Positions 16,175-24,803 of a stretch of 26,542 bases of DNA are shown in pieces. Made by a program: the position numbers and the translations under genes. Each line of letters begins with the position of its first letter. The first letter of the stretch is position 1. A model generated the notes under the pieces. It had not been told where the DNA came from, made no database searches, and saw only the letters and a list, made by a program, of their open reading frames with translations. Source of the stretch: a virus (Duplodnaviria > Caudoviricetes); IMG/VR virus record IMGVR_UViG_3300033067_001613, positions 1 through 26,542 of that record. One strand, given 5' to 3'.

Positions 16175-17254
16175 TTAGTCGTCGTCATCCAATTGACCCA
16201 GCAGATTCCGCATCTCTTCCGAGACGGTCTCCGACGACTCTGATACCGCAGGGGCGGCTTTGGGTTTCGGCGTCACCACCTCAGGGGTCTCATTGTCTGC
16301 CGGATTGGGCTTCTGGAACTTGGGGGTAGTCTTCTTTTCAGAAGACTCATCCTCCGGCTTCTTCTTGCCGGTCGAACCAGCCGATTCAGAAACGGTCGTG
16401 GTCGTCTTCGAAGTGTTTCCGGAAGCCTTCGAAGGGGCTTCCTCGGTGGTCTCGTAGCCGCTGTTGGAATCGCTGCTATCACCATCACCATTGATGATGG
16501 CATTCGCCAGACTCTTGATCTTCTGCTTGTCCGGCACGTCGATCCGCGACCACAGATCGTGCCGATTCTTCAGCATCTCAGTGAGAGCTTCCTTGTCCGG
16601 CGACCCATCCGCCAGGGCGATCATCGGCTGAGATTTGGTCAAGAACTTGGACCGCTTGTATCCGTTGTTCTTACCATCCTTGATCACGTTCAGATCGAAC
16701 GGGAAGGCATTGTTCTCATCGAAGAACACCCCGTACGCCTTGGGGTCTTCCGGATCACCTGCATCGTCCCGCATCAGAGCGGTGGTCCACATGTCGAAGC
16801 AGGTCTTGGGAGCGTTGAACCACTTCACAGTCCCACGCAGATCCTCCGGATTCAGCTTCGAGTTGGTGAAGAGAATGTTCACCCGGAAGTACTGGGTGGG
16901 CATGAACTGCTTGACGATGTCCTTGCGTTTGTTCTCGTCCTTCTCGCCCTTGAGCAGGTCGAAGCCAAATTGGCACAGTTCACAGTGCGAATCGTCGAAG
17001 ATTCGCGGACAGGCGTGTGGTTTGTCATTGATCCAGTGGTGAGCCACCGGAACGTAAAACATCTCCATCCCCTTCTTGACGATGCCACTCGCCAGCACCT
17101 CACCGGTGATGACGGGCGGGAGGATGAAGAACCGATAGACTGTCGGCTCCTTGTCAGACGTTGCCTTGGCTGGGCGGAACTCGTTGGGGTCGTTGAACTT
17201 ACCGCCCTGGGACTGCTGGAGCTTTTTGCGGAGGGCTTCGATATCGTAGGCCAT
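16175..17254 (-). CDS. T4 gp32-like single-stranded DNA-binding protein
   Basis: 'YRFFILPP', 'HHW....HACPR......C.LC' Zn site, 'VNIL', 'F.L...K.G...Y..SKF'. Low-complexity linker and acidic C-terminus LDDDD. GAGG RBS. Confidence 0.85.
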   Translation of the reverse strand: MAYDIEALRKKLQQSQGGKFNDPNEFRPAKATSDKEPTVYRFFILPPVITGEVLASGIVKKGMEMFYVPVAHHWINDKPHACPRIFDDSHCELCQFGFDLLKGEKDENKRKDIVKQFMPTQYFRVNILFTNSKLNPEDLRGTVKWFNAPKTCFDMWTTALMRDDAGDPEDPKAYGVFFDENNAFPFDLNVIKDGKNNGYKRSKFLTKSQPMIALADGSPDKEALTEMLKNRHDLWSRIDVPDKQKIKSLANAIINGDGDSSDSNSGYETTEEAPSKASGNTSKTTTTVSESAGSTGKKKPEDESSEKKTTPKFQKPNPADNETPEVVTPKPKAAPAVSESSETVSEEMRNLLGQLDDDD

Positions 17255-17297
17255 TTTTTCCTCAGGAATTTTCGCGCTGTTGAGAAGAGTTTATCAG

Positions 17298-17825
17298 TTA
17301 ACTGTTGGCTCGTTCGGTGCGTTTGAAGCCGATAAGCGATCTCGCCAGTTCCGCTTTCATCTTTAATGCCTCGAGCATATGGTATAACTTACCAGTACGC
17401 ATCTGGGCATCCTGCAAACGCAGATCTGCTTTAACCAAATCGTCGTCAGCTTCGACGACCAATTTGGTTTGTTCACTGGTCAATTTGACATTCTCAGCGG
17501 TTGCTTTGCCTTGCACCTCCCATGTTGCTTTGCCACGGCGGATTTTCAGATTACGCTCTGCAATCCCCACGGCCAGACGAGCTTCGCTATAAATCGCGGC
17601 CCAGTACGCATACTGGGCCGGAATGTGCCGCATTTGGTCCTCGAGAATCTCCATGTCTATGTCGAGATTAGGCAGCATGTCAACGGTGACAACTTTAGCC
17701 TTATTCGTCGCTTCATCTCGAACTTGGAGAGTGACGTTAAACCTAAACAGCGTAGAGCCAGCTAGTTCGGCTGGAATGTTTTCACTAATCCACTCTGGCA
17801 AATTTTCTGCTTGAAACTCATCCAT
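17298..17825 (-). CDS. UvsY-like recombination mediator
   Basis: 'L.ID...LE......P..YAYW' followed by a long helix and 'ALKMK..L.RSL'. Located next to the SSB gene. Confidence 0.6.
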   Translation of the reverse strand: MDEFQAENLPEWISENIPAELAGSTLFRFNVTLQVRDEATNKAKVVTVDMLPNLDIDMEILEDQMRHIPAQYAYWAAIYSEARLAVGIAERNLKIRRGKATWEVQGKATAENVKLTSEQTKLVVEADDDLVKADLRLQDAQMRTGKLYHMLEALKMKAELARSLIGFKRTERANS

Positions 17826-18219
17826 TTTTCTGTACCTGCCAAGCAGAAACGTCGAACTGCCTTTTCAATACCTTCGTGTCGCCGCCAGAAAGTGGTGGAG
17901 TGTGCCCTGATTTATGTACCTCAGGAATTTGTTCAGAAGACGTTGATAAATCCTTTTGAGCAACGCTCGTCCACATTTCTCTGGAGAATCCCGAAACGAC
18001 TACGGGGCCAGCTTCAGAAGGTGCCTGTAAATCATTTTGAGAAGCACTCGCCCACATTTCTCTGGAGAATGCAGACTGAATGTTGCTAATGGCAGCCTCA
18101 AACGTCCGAGTTTCCTTCGTCGCTTGCTTCTGAGATTTCTTCTCCTTGCGGAGTTTCCGCAGAGTCTGTTTGCGCTTCGCTATCTGACGCTTCTTCTGCC
18201 GCTCGATCTTTTGTGACAT
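17818..18219 (-). CDS. hypothetical basic protein with internal repeat
   Basis: K/R-rich N-terminus, FSREMWxSxxQxDL repeated twice. Overlaps the polymerase 3' end. Confidence 0.6.
   Translation of the reverse strand: MSQKIERQKKRQIAKRKQTLRKLRKEKKSQKQATKETRTFEAAISNIQSAFSREMWASASQNDLQAPSEAGPVVVSGFSREMWTSVAQKDLSTSSEQIPEVHKSGHTPPLSGGDTKVLKRQFDVSAWQVQKNG
17947..18070. repeat. 43-bp imperfect direct repeat, 81-bp period
   Basis: 17947-17989 versus 18028-18070 with 5 mismatches. Shared core CCACATTTCTCTGGAGAAT. Confidence 0.9.
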
Positions 18220-19426
18220 TTTCAATACCGTTCTCTCTGCAGATCCGTACTAGTTTCCACTTTTTCCAACGTTTACCAATACTGATTTTGATCGGGAAGC
18301 ACGGGTTATCGGGCAATAAACCAGCAAACGGATACATCATGATTGGTGTCACAATGTCGATCACCGACTTCAATTCAGCTGGATCTGTCGAAGATGATAC
18401 CACCAGCGAGTCATGAATATCGGTTATCAGCTTGCTACCAAGCTTCTCCCACACCGATCGTACTACGTTGTGCATGCCGTGAGCCACAGACCCCTGCATC
18501 ACACCGTTCAAAACAGCCAGTGAATTTTTAGACCTGGCTACCCTGAATCGCCTCTTCAGCACCGTGTCCAGATATCCTTTGTCAGTCTGAGTAGCTGAAC
18601 GGCATTTAGCAATCCATTTTCCGAGGTCCGGATAAATCTTAGTCAGCACATCATTATCACAATCCATCGAATTAATGGCTTTTAACAGCGTTAATTTGGC
18701 TTCTTCTCTGGTCAGGTTGCCTTCCGAATCAGCATTCAGAATATCCATCATATACACATATGGATCAGATAATGCAAACGAGTCATGCAGCCTCTTATCA
18801 CCAGATAAAATAGCTGCGATTCTAATATCAGCACTAATCCAGTCAAAATGGATTAATATGTCCTTATCCAATCCGTGTTTGGGTCTGATATTATCGTGTT
18901 CGTGGTGCCCTTGAATATTAAAACCAAGCGATTTGCATCTACCAGAAAAGGTCTTCATGGACCATTCTGGTTTCACCAGTTCATAATTCAACAAAAGACC
19001 GGACATCTGCAGGTCTTGATATACCACGGCAGCATTTGATATTAGCTTTTGATATTCATGAAGAGGACGTTTACTCATCCTCTCTAAGACCATGCGAATA
19101 GCTTTAGAGTCTTCTGTTGCCGATTCTGTCGGTTTAAAGTCATCTAAATGCAGATCGTATACATTATATCGGCGATGGTCTAGTGGGAGGTTAAACGCTC
19201 TGATGATGTTCTTGAAATCAGACGTTACAATAGCATAGCCTTTATCGTTGGCTTCAATTATCAACTTAGAAATAGACTCGATGTCTTTCCGGACATCGGC
19301 CATTAGACGTCTGGTCCCCTTTCGCCACAAGTCATATGTGATTATTGTTTCACCGGCTCGTACGCCAGCACACCACGGTACGCCACCGTCCTTATTGAAG
19401 ATCACATACACATAAAGCGGACGCAT
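18098..19426 (-). CDS. reduced, divergent family-A DNA polymerase-like protein
   Basis: 'TFSGRCKS..FNIQ' (T.TGRLSS..PNLQ), motif A 'DWISADIR', motif B 'REEAK', 'NGVMQGSVA', motif C 'IHDSL'. Confidence 0.85.
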   Translation of the reverse strand: MRPLYVYVIFNKDGGVPWCAGVRAGETIITYDLWRKGTRRLMADVRKDIESISKLIIEANDKGYAIVTSDFKNIIRAFNLPLDHRRYNVYDLHLDDFKPTESATEDSKAIRMVLERMSKRPLHEYQKLISNAAVVYQDLQMSGLLLNYELVKPEWSMKTFSGRCKSLGFNIQGHHEHDNIRPKHGLDKDILIHFDWISADIRIAAILSGDKRLHDSFALSDPYVYMMDILNADSEGNLTREEAKLTLLKAINSMDCDNDVLTKIYPDLGKWIAKCRSATQTDKGYLDTVLKRRFRVARSKNSLAVLNGVMQGSVAHGMHNVVRSVWEKLGSKLITDIHDSLVVSSSTDPAELKSVIDIVTPIMMYPFAGLLPDNPCFPIKISIGKRWKKWKLVRICRENGIENVTKDRAAEEASDSEAQTDSAETPQGEEISEASDEGNSDV

Positions 19427-19478
19427 TCACCTACCCCTGAGCCTGTTCTTAAACACGGGCAGATGTGGTACGTGTAGA

Positions 19479-19949
19479 TTATTCTTGAGAAGGCTTATCA
19501 ATAGTAGCCTGAATCACAGCATCTTCCATACTGCGAATCTTAGCAACAGTATCAGTGTCTGGGATACCATATACCGTTTTGGGATTGTGGCGGCCAGTTT
19601 TAAGCAACTGGCTCTTGATATGATCGGCCTCACCCGGCTCTCGATATTCCTCGTATGGATCGTCTTCAGTAAGCTTACAGATTGTCATGTCACGTTTGGC
19701 ACCTAGCTTATCCAGGTACCCGTTTCCTTTGACATATCCGCCAATATTGTTACCGTGGTACGATCGAACGGTATTGCGTCCGTTGCATCGCGGGCATATA
19801 GTGGCCTCCTTCAACTCCTTCTTGGTAGGGTTCATGGAGTGCGAGGTTTCGAAGAGCACAAGCTCTTCATACTCTATCAAGAGAAGATCACGGCCTAATT
19901 TCTTAGCGGCCTGATCCTTACAATCCTGGCACTCATAGTTGTATAACAT
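19479..19949 (-). CDS. FmdB-like zinc-ribbon protein
   Basis: 'YNYECQDC...FE..HSM....CPRC'. Confidence 0.75.
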   Translation of the reverse strand: MLYNYECQDCKDQAAKKLGRDLLLIEYEELVLFETSHSMNPTKKELKEATICPRCNGRNTVRSYHGNNIGGYVKGNGYLDKLGAKRDMTICKLTEDDPYEEYREPGEADHIKSQLLKTGRHNPKTVYGIPDTDTVAKIRSMEDAVIQATIDKPSQE

Positions 19950-20152
19950 CAGTTGCTCAATTTGTAAACGACTTTCCAGTCATTAAACGTCGCTGGACCA
20001 GTCTTGGTTAAATCTTTGGTCATCACCGTGATGGTATCTTTGGAAGTCACAGACGTACCAACATACCATTTCGCCCCGGAAAGGAGTGAATGCAGTTTAT
20101 TAGCTGACTGATGAATGGTCAGCATATGTTGGATGCGTTTGTTGACGTCCAT
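19949..20152 (-). CDS. hypothetical protein (67 aa)
   Basis: TGATG coupling with the downstream gene. Confidence 0.65.
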   Translation of the reverse strand: MDVNKRIQHMLTIHQSANKLHSLLSGAKWYVGTSVTSKDTITVMTKDLTKTGPATFNDWKVVYKLSN

Positions 20153-20159
20153 ATATCGC

Positions 20160-20588
20160 CTACGGCTTCCACATGGTGAATTCGACCGGCGGCAGCTTGC
20201 ACAGCAAACTGCGTTCAGAAATAAGGATCACATTGCAATCCTTATACGGAGGAGTGGACATAGCCAACTCAGTAATCACGTTTCTGTCCATGAACATGAC
20301 GACATCGCCGATAGCCAACTGGCTGGGGCAACGAGTACCATCACCAGCAGCTACACCCGGCCCGATCCCGATCACAATGCCTTCGTTCTTGAATTGAACG
20401 CCATCGGGCATGGCGATCGTAGAGTGCATTTTGAATCGCAAGACAGCCACATTGTCATTGAGACACTCAACAACCTTGATGGCAATCGGCCCTGATTCGA
20501 CGGGGGCAGCAACGGCAGCCGCAAAAGGGGCTGGAGTTGGCTTCTTGGATTCTTCTTTCTTCAGCTTCGCACTCTGCGGAATAGCCAT
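20160..20588 (-). CDS. groES: co-chaperonin GroES/Cpn10-like
   Basis: 'LNDNVAV', 'IAMPD', 'EGIVIGIGPG', 'L.IGDVVMF', 'LISERSLL'. P/A-rich N-terminal extension. Confidence 0.8.
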   Translation of the reverse strand: MAIPQSAKLKKEESKKPTPAPFAAAVAAPVESGPIAIKVVECLNDNVAVLRFKMHSTIAMPDGVQFKNEGIVIGIGPGVAAGDGTRCPSQLAIGDVVMFMDRNVITELAMSTPPYKDCNVILISERSLLCKLPPVEFTMWKP

Positions 20589-20651
20589 GTAATCGCACCG
20601 ATCTAATAGGTATTGATATTGTCTGGAGTCATTCCCAGACGAGCGATTTAT

Positions 20652-20900
20652 CTACTCTGCAGCAGCCGCCTTTTGAATGTGCCCATCAGATGGAGTTCTC
20701 AGAAACTCCATAATGTTTGATAATAGCTTGATTGGCGACGATACGAATTCGATCTTTGTCTTTCGCTTGGGAATGGTTGGGGTGTTTGGGATCTTAATCT
20801 GCATCCCAGATCCATCCTGACACACTTGAAATCCGTTCCTACGCATCGTCTCCACGACCGTCTCGGAGACGTCCACCTCAATCACCACCAGCATTTTCAT
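20652..20900 (-). CDS. hypothetical protein (82 aa)
   Basis: ATGA overlap with the helicase stop gives the start MKMLVV. Confidence 0.65.
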   Translation of the reverse strand: MKMLVVIEVDVSETVVETMRRNGFQVCQDGSGMQIKIPNTPTIPKRKTKIEFVSSPIKLLSNIMEFLRTPSDGHIQKAAAAE

Positions 20901-22231
20901 AGTAATTCCCTTACCACCATCGTGTTGTAATGGATCTCGCACGTAATGATTTCGTGCTTCGGACCATTTCTGTTTTTGGCAATGAACATCTGGATTCGCG
21001 GCGGGTCATGGGCACGATCAGAATCAGACTGTTGTAATCCGATTACATAATCTAATGGAAAAATCTTACCGAAGCTTTCCGCAGATTTTGTAAGATCAAC
21101 CTGAACAGTCGAATCGGCACCGCTTCTGTTAGTCTGTGTGGCCGTGAAAACCAGAACATCTTCATTTTTGGCTAAACCTCGTATCTCGTTGGATACGTGC
21201 TTTTGCCGCGTATAATCGTCCTTATTATAGTGCTGATTGCGGCTAACCATCAAATCAAGATAATCCAGAATAATAACATCTGGGTGCCAGTTCTCAATTC
21301 GTCGTAGATTATCCAACAATGCATAAATGTGGCTAACGCTACATTCATCGGGCGGCATCTCATGGATCAGAAACCGCTTCCCATACGACCGCTGCATCTG
21401 CTCAACGTATCGCCTTAAATATTCTTCCCTATCGTGAATCTGATCAATTGGCACCCCGGTAGCAGAACCAAGGCACCGCATCGCCGTCTTAATAGTGTCT
21501 AATTCGAACGTAATCAGCAGAACATCCTGGCCAGCCAACCCATGCCTATTAATGCCCTTCAGTGACGAAATGGCAGTATTACACAATAAGATCGATTTCC
21601 CGACGTTAGTAGCCGCTAGATAGCACACAACTTCCTTTGGTGATGGGCCACCATTGTTTAAGAACCTGTCTAGCTTGGGAAAGCCGGTAGTGAGGTGCGT
21701 GATGATGTCCTTTTGGAACAGCAGCTCGAGGTTTTCAAAGAACCAAAACCCCTTATCACCGACGTCCTGAATTCGATTGGCTTGATTAACAATCCCTTCC
21801 AGGTACGCAAAATCGCCACTGTGATATGCAGCAATAGCAGTTTCATCATATAGCAAACCAAAGGCTCTATCTTTGGCCCATTTGAGCAGAGTGTCTTTAA
21901 CCATCGGAACTTCACGATGGTTAGACGGTCGATCCAAAATCGCCATGATCGATTCGTGCGGATCGTCTACCGTCAGTTCGTGCTCAATCAGGTCTCTAAG
22001 CCATTTCCTGGTGGGAACCACTTCGAACTTTTCGAAGGCATTCAAAATCTGGGCTATGAGGTAGCGGCATTCCAACCGCCCAAACATTTCTGGCTTCAGA
22101 AAATGCCCGACTCCCACGAAAAATTCGGGATGGTCCAGGGCCAGAGATATGATAGCTTCTTCTTGATATCCGCCGAAGGGCTTGGGAGTGTCAGAATCTA
22201 ATGCGTTTATTTTATCTAAAGTTGTCAGCAT
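20897..22231 (-). CDS. replicative SF4 helicase (DnaB/T4 gp41-like)
   Basis: Walker A 'AATNVGKS', 'ITFEL', 'IILDYLDLM', 'TATQTNR', 'AES', 'KNRNG'. Confidence 0.93.
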   Translation of the reverse strand: MLTTLDKINALDSDTPKPFGGYQEEAIISLALDHPEFFVGVGHFLKPEMFGRLECRYLIAQILNAFEKFEVVPTRKWLRDLIEHELTVDDPHESIMAILDRPSNHREVPMVKDTLLKWAKDRAFGLLYDETAIAAYHSGDFAYLEGIVNQANRIQDVGDKGFWFFENLELLFQKDIITHLTTGFPKLDRFLNNGGPSPKEVVCYLAATNVGKSILLCNTAISSLKGINRHGLAGQDVLLITFELDTIKTAMRCLGSATGVPIDQIHDREEYLRRYVEQMQRSYGKRFLIHEMPPDECSVSHIYALLDNLRRIENWHPDVIILDYLDLMVSRNQHYNKDDYTRQKHVSNEIRGLAKNEDVLVFTATQTNRSGADSTVQVDLTKSAESFGKIFPLDYVIGLQQSDSDRAHDPPRIQMFIAKNRNGPKHEIITCEIHYNTMVVRELL

Positions 22232-22548
22232 TAGTTTTCAGTCGTATCCGGAAACAAAGCATTTCTCTGAGCGTCAATACGCGAGGCGACCCCGATGGCG
22301 TAGTCATATGCCAAATCGAGGGCAGCCCGCAACGACACAAATTCGCTTTCCGTATAATATAATATAGCACCATTTATTAGAGATTTTCTATCGCCATAAG
22401 TAGAGTATGGCGATGAACCACCAGCGACAACCGTATACACCCATCCCAACGAGCTTTTGGAGAGTCCGCTAATTTTTAAAGGTTCCAAATATCCTATAGC
22501 TGCGGACTCTCTAAGATAGACTATATCTCCCACATCATATGTTGGCAT
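22231..22548 (-). CDS. hypothetical protein (105 aa)
   Basis: TAATG coupling on both sides. 'YDVGDIVYL' pattern. Confidence 0.75.
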   Translation of the reverse strand: MPTYDVGDIVYLRESAAIGYLEPLKISGLSKSSLGWVYTVVAGGSSPYSTYGDRKSLINGAILYYTESEFVSLRAALDLAYDYAIGVASRIDAQRNALFPDTTEN

Positions 22549-23738
22549 TATTCATCTCGGTCTTCGATGAGGCTGTCAATCTGCGAAGAGTCTGTCGTAT
22601 CTTCGCCCTCATCCTCCTCATCTTCCTCGGCCTCATCCTCATCCAAAATCGAGTCATCATCTTCAGGAACATCGCTTTCGGGTATCGTCTTTAGGTTCCC
22701 GAACAGCTTGAGATATGTCTCCTTCTGAACGGCCTCATAGATCTCAGGATGTTCCCGGAGGTACTTTCCGGCCATCGCGATACCATTGCCCAAGAACAAT
22801 TCGCCGAAACGATATACTGAGCCTTTGACGGCAAAGCTTATGACGCCGTGAGTTTTGGCTACTTCTACGAGAGACGCTCCAGTATCGATACCGACATGCG
22901 GACGCTGTGGTTGTCCCACGCAGATGTCGTATTCAGCCACCGTAAAAGGTGGAGCGACTTTATTCTTGACAATTTTCACCTTTGGCCGGAACCCAATGAC
23001 CACTTCGCCATCCGCCAACCTGTCACCCTTGCGAATATCCAAACGCAATGATGCGTAGAATTTCAACGCACGACCACCAGGGGTTACTTCTGGCGACCCA
23101 AACATCACCCCAATCTTTTCGCGTATCTGATTGATGAAGACCACAGTCGTCTTGGTCTGGTTGGCCTTGCCCTTGAGTTTGCTAAGAGCTTGCGAGATCA
23201 TGCGGGCTTGCACCCCGATGCTCTTGTCATCGAACCCACTCTCCAGTTGTGCCTTCGGAATCAGAGCGGCAACCGAGTCGACGACGATCAGATCTACCAG
23301 ACCCGATTCAGCCATATCTTGTACGATGTCGAACGCCTGTTCTCCATAATCCGGCTGAGAAAACAGCAGTTTATCGTTATCGACACCAATGTTTTTGGCC
23401 CAGTTTGAATCGTAGGCGTGTTCAGCATCGATAAATGCCGCTACCCCGAACCTATCCTTGCTTGGGAAAAAGTGCTTCTGGCAGGATGCGATGAACTGCA
23501 ATGTGGTGGTCGTTTTTCCGCTCGACTCTGTGCCAAAGAATTCGATAATTCTACCTTGCGGTAGACCACCTATCCCAGTGGCAAGATCAAGCGAGGCAAT
23601 GTTCGTTGGAAGTGTATCCACGCGAACGATGGCCCCGCCATGAATAATTGCCCCGGCACCATGCTTTTTACGAATCATCGAACGAAGAGCATCAATATCA
23701 GTCGCCGCTGCTCTGGTCGTCTTCGGTTTCTTGGCCAT
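22548..23738 (-). CDS. recA: recombinase RecA
   Basis: 'LDLATGIGGLPQGRIIE.FG.ESSGKTT', 'FIDAEHA', 'SQPDYGEQA', 'VVDSVAAL', 'FINQIREKIGVMFGSPE.TPGGRALKFYAS', 'KNKVAPPF'. Long acidic tail. Confidence 0.96.
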   Translation of the reverse strand: MAKKPKTTRAAATDIDALRSMIRKKHGAGAIIHGGAIVRVDTLPTNIASLDLATGIGGLPQGRIIEFFGTESSGKTTTTLQFIASCQKHFFPSKDRFGVAAFIDAEHAYDSNWAKNIGVDNDKLLFSQPDYGEQAFDIVQDMAESGLVDLIVVDSVAALIPKAQLESGFDDKSIGVQARMISQALSKLKGKANQTKTTVVFINQIREKIGVMFGSPEVTPGGRALKFYASLRLDIRKGDRLADGEVVIGFRPKVKIVKNKVAPPFTVAEYDICVGQPQRPHVGIDTGASLVEVAKTHGVISFAVKGSVYRFGELFLGNGIAMAGKYLREHPEIYEAVQKETYLKLFGNLKTIPESDVPEDDDSILDEDEAEEDEEDEGEDTTDSSQIDSLIEDRDE

Positions 23739-23997
23739 ATTGGGAAAGCTTTCCGAGTATTTCTAATGCCGCTGGTGTGATGTTACCTTTTATTTTCAAA
23801 ACATCCGTAGCCGGAATTCGGATGATTATATTGCTCTTAGCGAGCAACAGATCGGTCTTATCAATCGCGGATACTACTGACCATATTCCATCAGGAGTGG
23901 TGTTTGTTCCAGGCGGAGCAGATAAATATGTGACATTCCGTGTCGTACGAATTCTGACTTGGTCGAATTGTTCGATTCTTGTCGTATGATTGGCCAT
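23698..23997 (-). CDS. hypothetical protein (99 aa)
   Basis: ORF heading the minus-strand recA operon. Confidence 0.7.
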   Translation of the reverse strand: MANHTTRIEQFDQVRIRTTRNVTYLSAPPGTNTTPDGIWSVVSAIDKTDLLLAKSNIIIRIPATDVLKIKGNITPAALEILGKLSQYGQETEDDQSSGD

Positions 23998-24031
23998 ACC
24001 AATTCAAAATTACTAGAAACAGGAGGCCATT

Positions 24032-24565
24032 ATGGCTCTTAATAAAAATGAAAAGTTGTTAATCGAATCCATCAAGAACATGCTTAAGCAAGACGCTAAG
24101 TTAGGGTTGTCTATACACAACTCTGAAGATGATGGAAACTTTTCAGAGCGTGGTTATGAATATTTACATAATCAAATCGATGAGATGTATGCCATCAAGG
24201 CGGCGGAACTAGTGCACGCAGAAAGTGTGACCAGCTCATTCAATATGGTCCACTCATACAAATATCTGGACGATCCTTCCTTCCCAACAGCCGTCGAGAA
24301 GGAAATGGTAGCCAAAGCCGTACCGGCAGAAGAACGCAAACGGGCACTCGGGTTCATTCCCAAGATCATCGAAGAGCTGCGAGAAGAACAGCGATCGTGG
24401 ACCGAAAAGGATTCGGGATTCAACCCAAATCTAGACGAAATTCTGGACACGACAAGAGATCTCGGCCAGGACATGGATTTCAAAATCCACGATGCTGGCG
24501 GATACAACAAGCTCAACTTCACGAAGCCAAAGCACGGTGATGCCAGCCCCGGTCACCTGACATGA
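24032..24565 (+). CDS. hypothetical protein (177 aa)
   Basis: AGGAGG RBS. ATGA coupling to the next gene. Confidence 0.85.
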   Translation: MALNKNEKLLIESIKNMLKQDAKLGLSIHNSEDDGNFSERGYEYLHNQIDEMYAIKAAELVHAESVTSSFNMVHSYKYLDDPSFPTAVEKEMVAKAVPAEERKRALGFIPKIIEELREEQRSWTEKDSGFNPNLDEILDTTRDLGQDMDFKIHDAGGYNKLNFTKPKHGDASPGHLT

Positions 24566-24801
24566 AATTACGCCGAATAGCCGAAGGCTTCATGCTGCAG
24601 AAGATGCGAGAAGCCCTAATAGGAGTTGAAGCTCCTATAGGAGTAGGAAGCGTCTCTGATAAATTATATGAACCTGAATCTGGTCACGATTCTGGCAGCC
24701 AAGAAGCGGGTGGAACACCGTCATTGACCGGCGTCCCAACAAACCCCAGACATAGAATCTATTTTGGAATGGAAACAACGCCTAGCAATGTAACCTTATA
24801 G
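24562..24801 (+). CDS. hypothetical protein (79 aa), possible internal head protein
   Basis: ATGA coupling. N-terminus MKLRRIAE. Confidence 0.7.
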   Translation: MKLRRIAEGFMLQKMREALIGVEAPIGVGSVSDKLYEPESGHDSGSQEAGGTPSLTGVPTNPRHRIYFGMETTPSNVTL

Positions 24802-24803
24802 TA

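Noticed and set aside
16559-17326. 255-aa and 135-aa plus-strand ORFs
   Set aside because: They are antisense shadows of the codon-biased SSB gene, with no RBS or recognisable motifs.
17947-18070. Mini CRISPR array
   Set aside because: Only two degenerate copies, in frame within an ORF, with similarity extending into the would-be spacer, and no cas genes.
19441-19460. Hairpin upstream of the polymerase gene
   Set aside because: On the coding (minus) strand the stem is short and has a C-A mismatch, with no U-tract.
20897-23738. Inteins or introns in the helicase or RecA
   Set aside because: Both have normal lengths and contiguous motifs.
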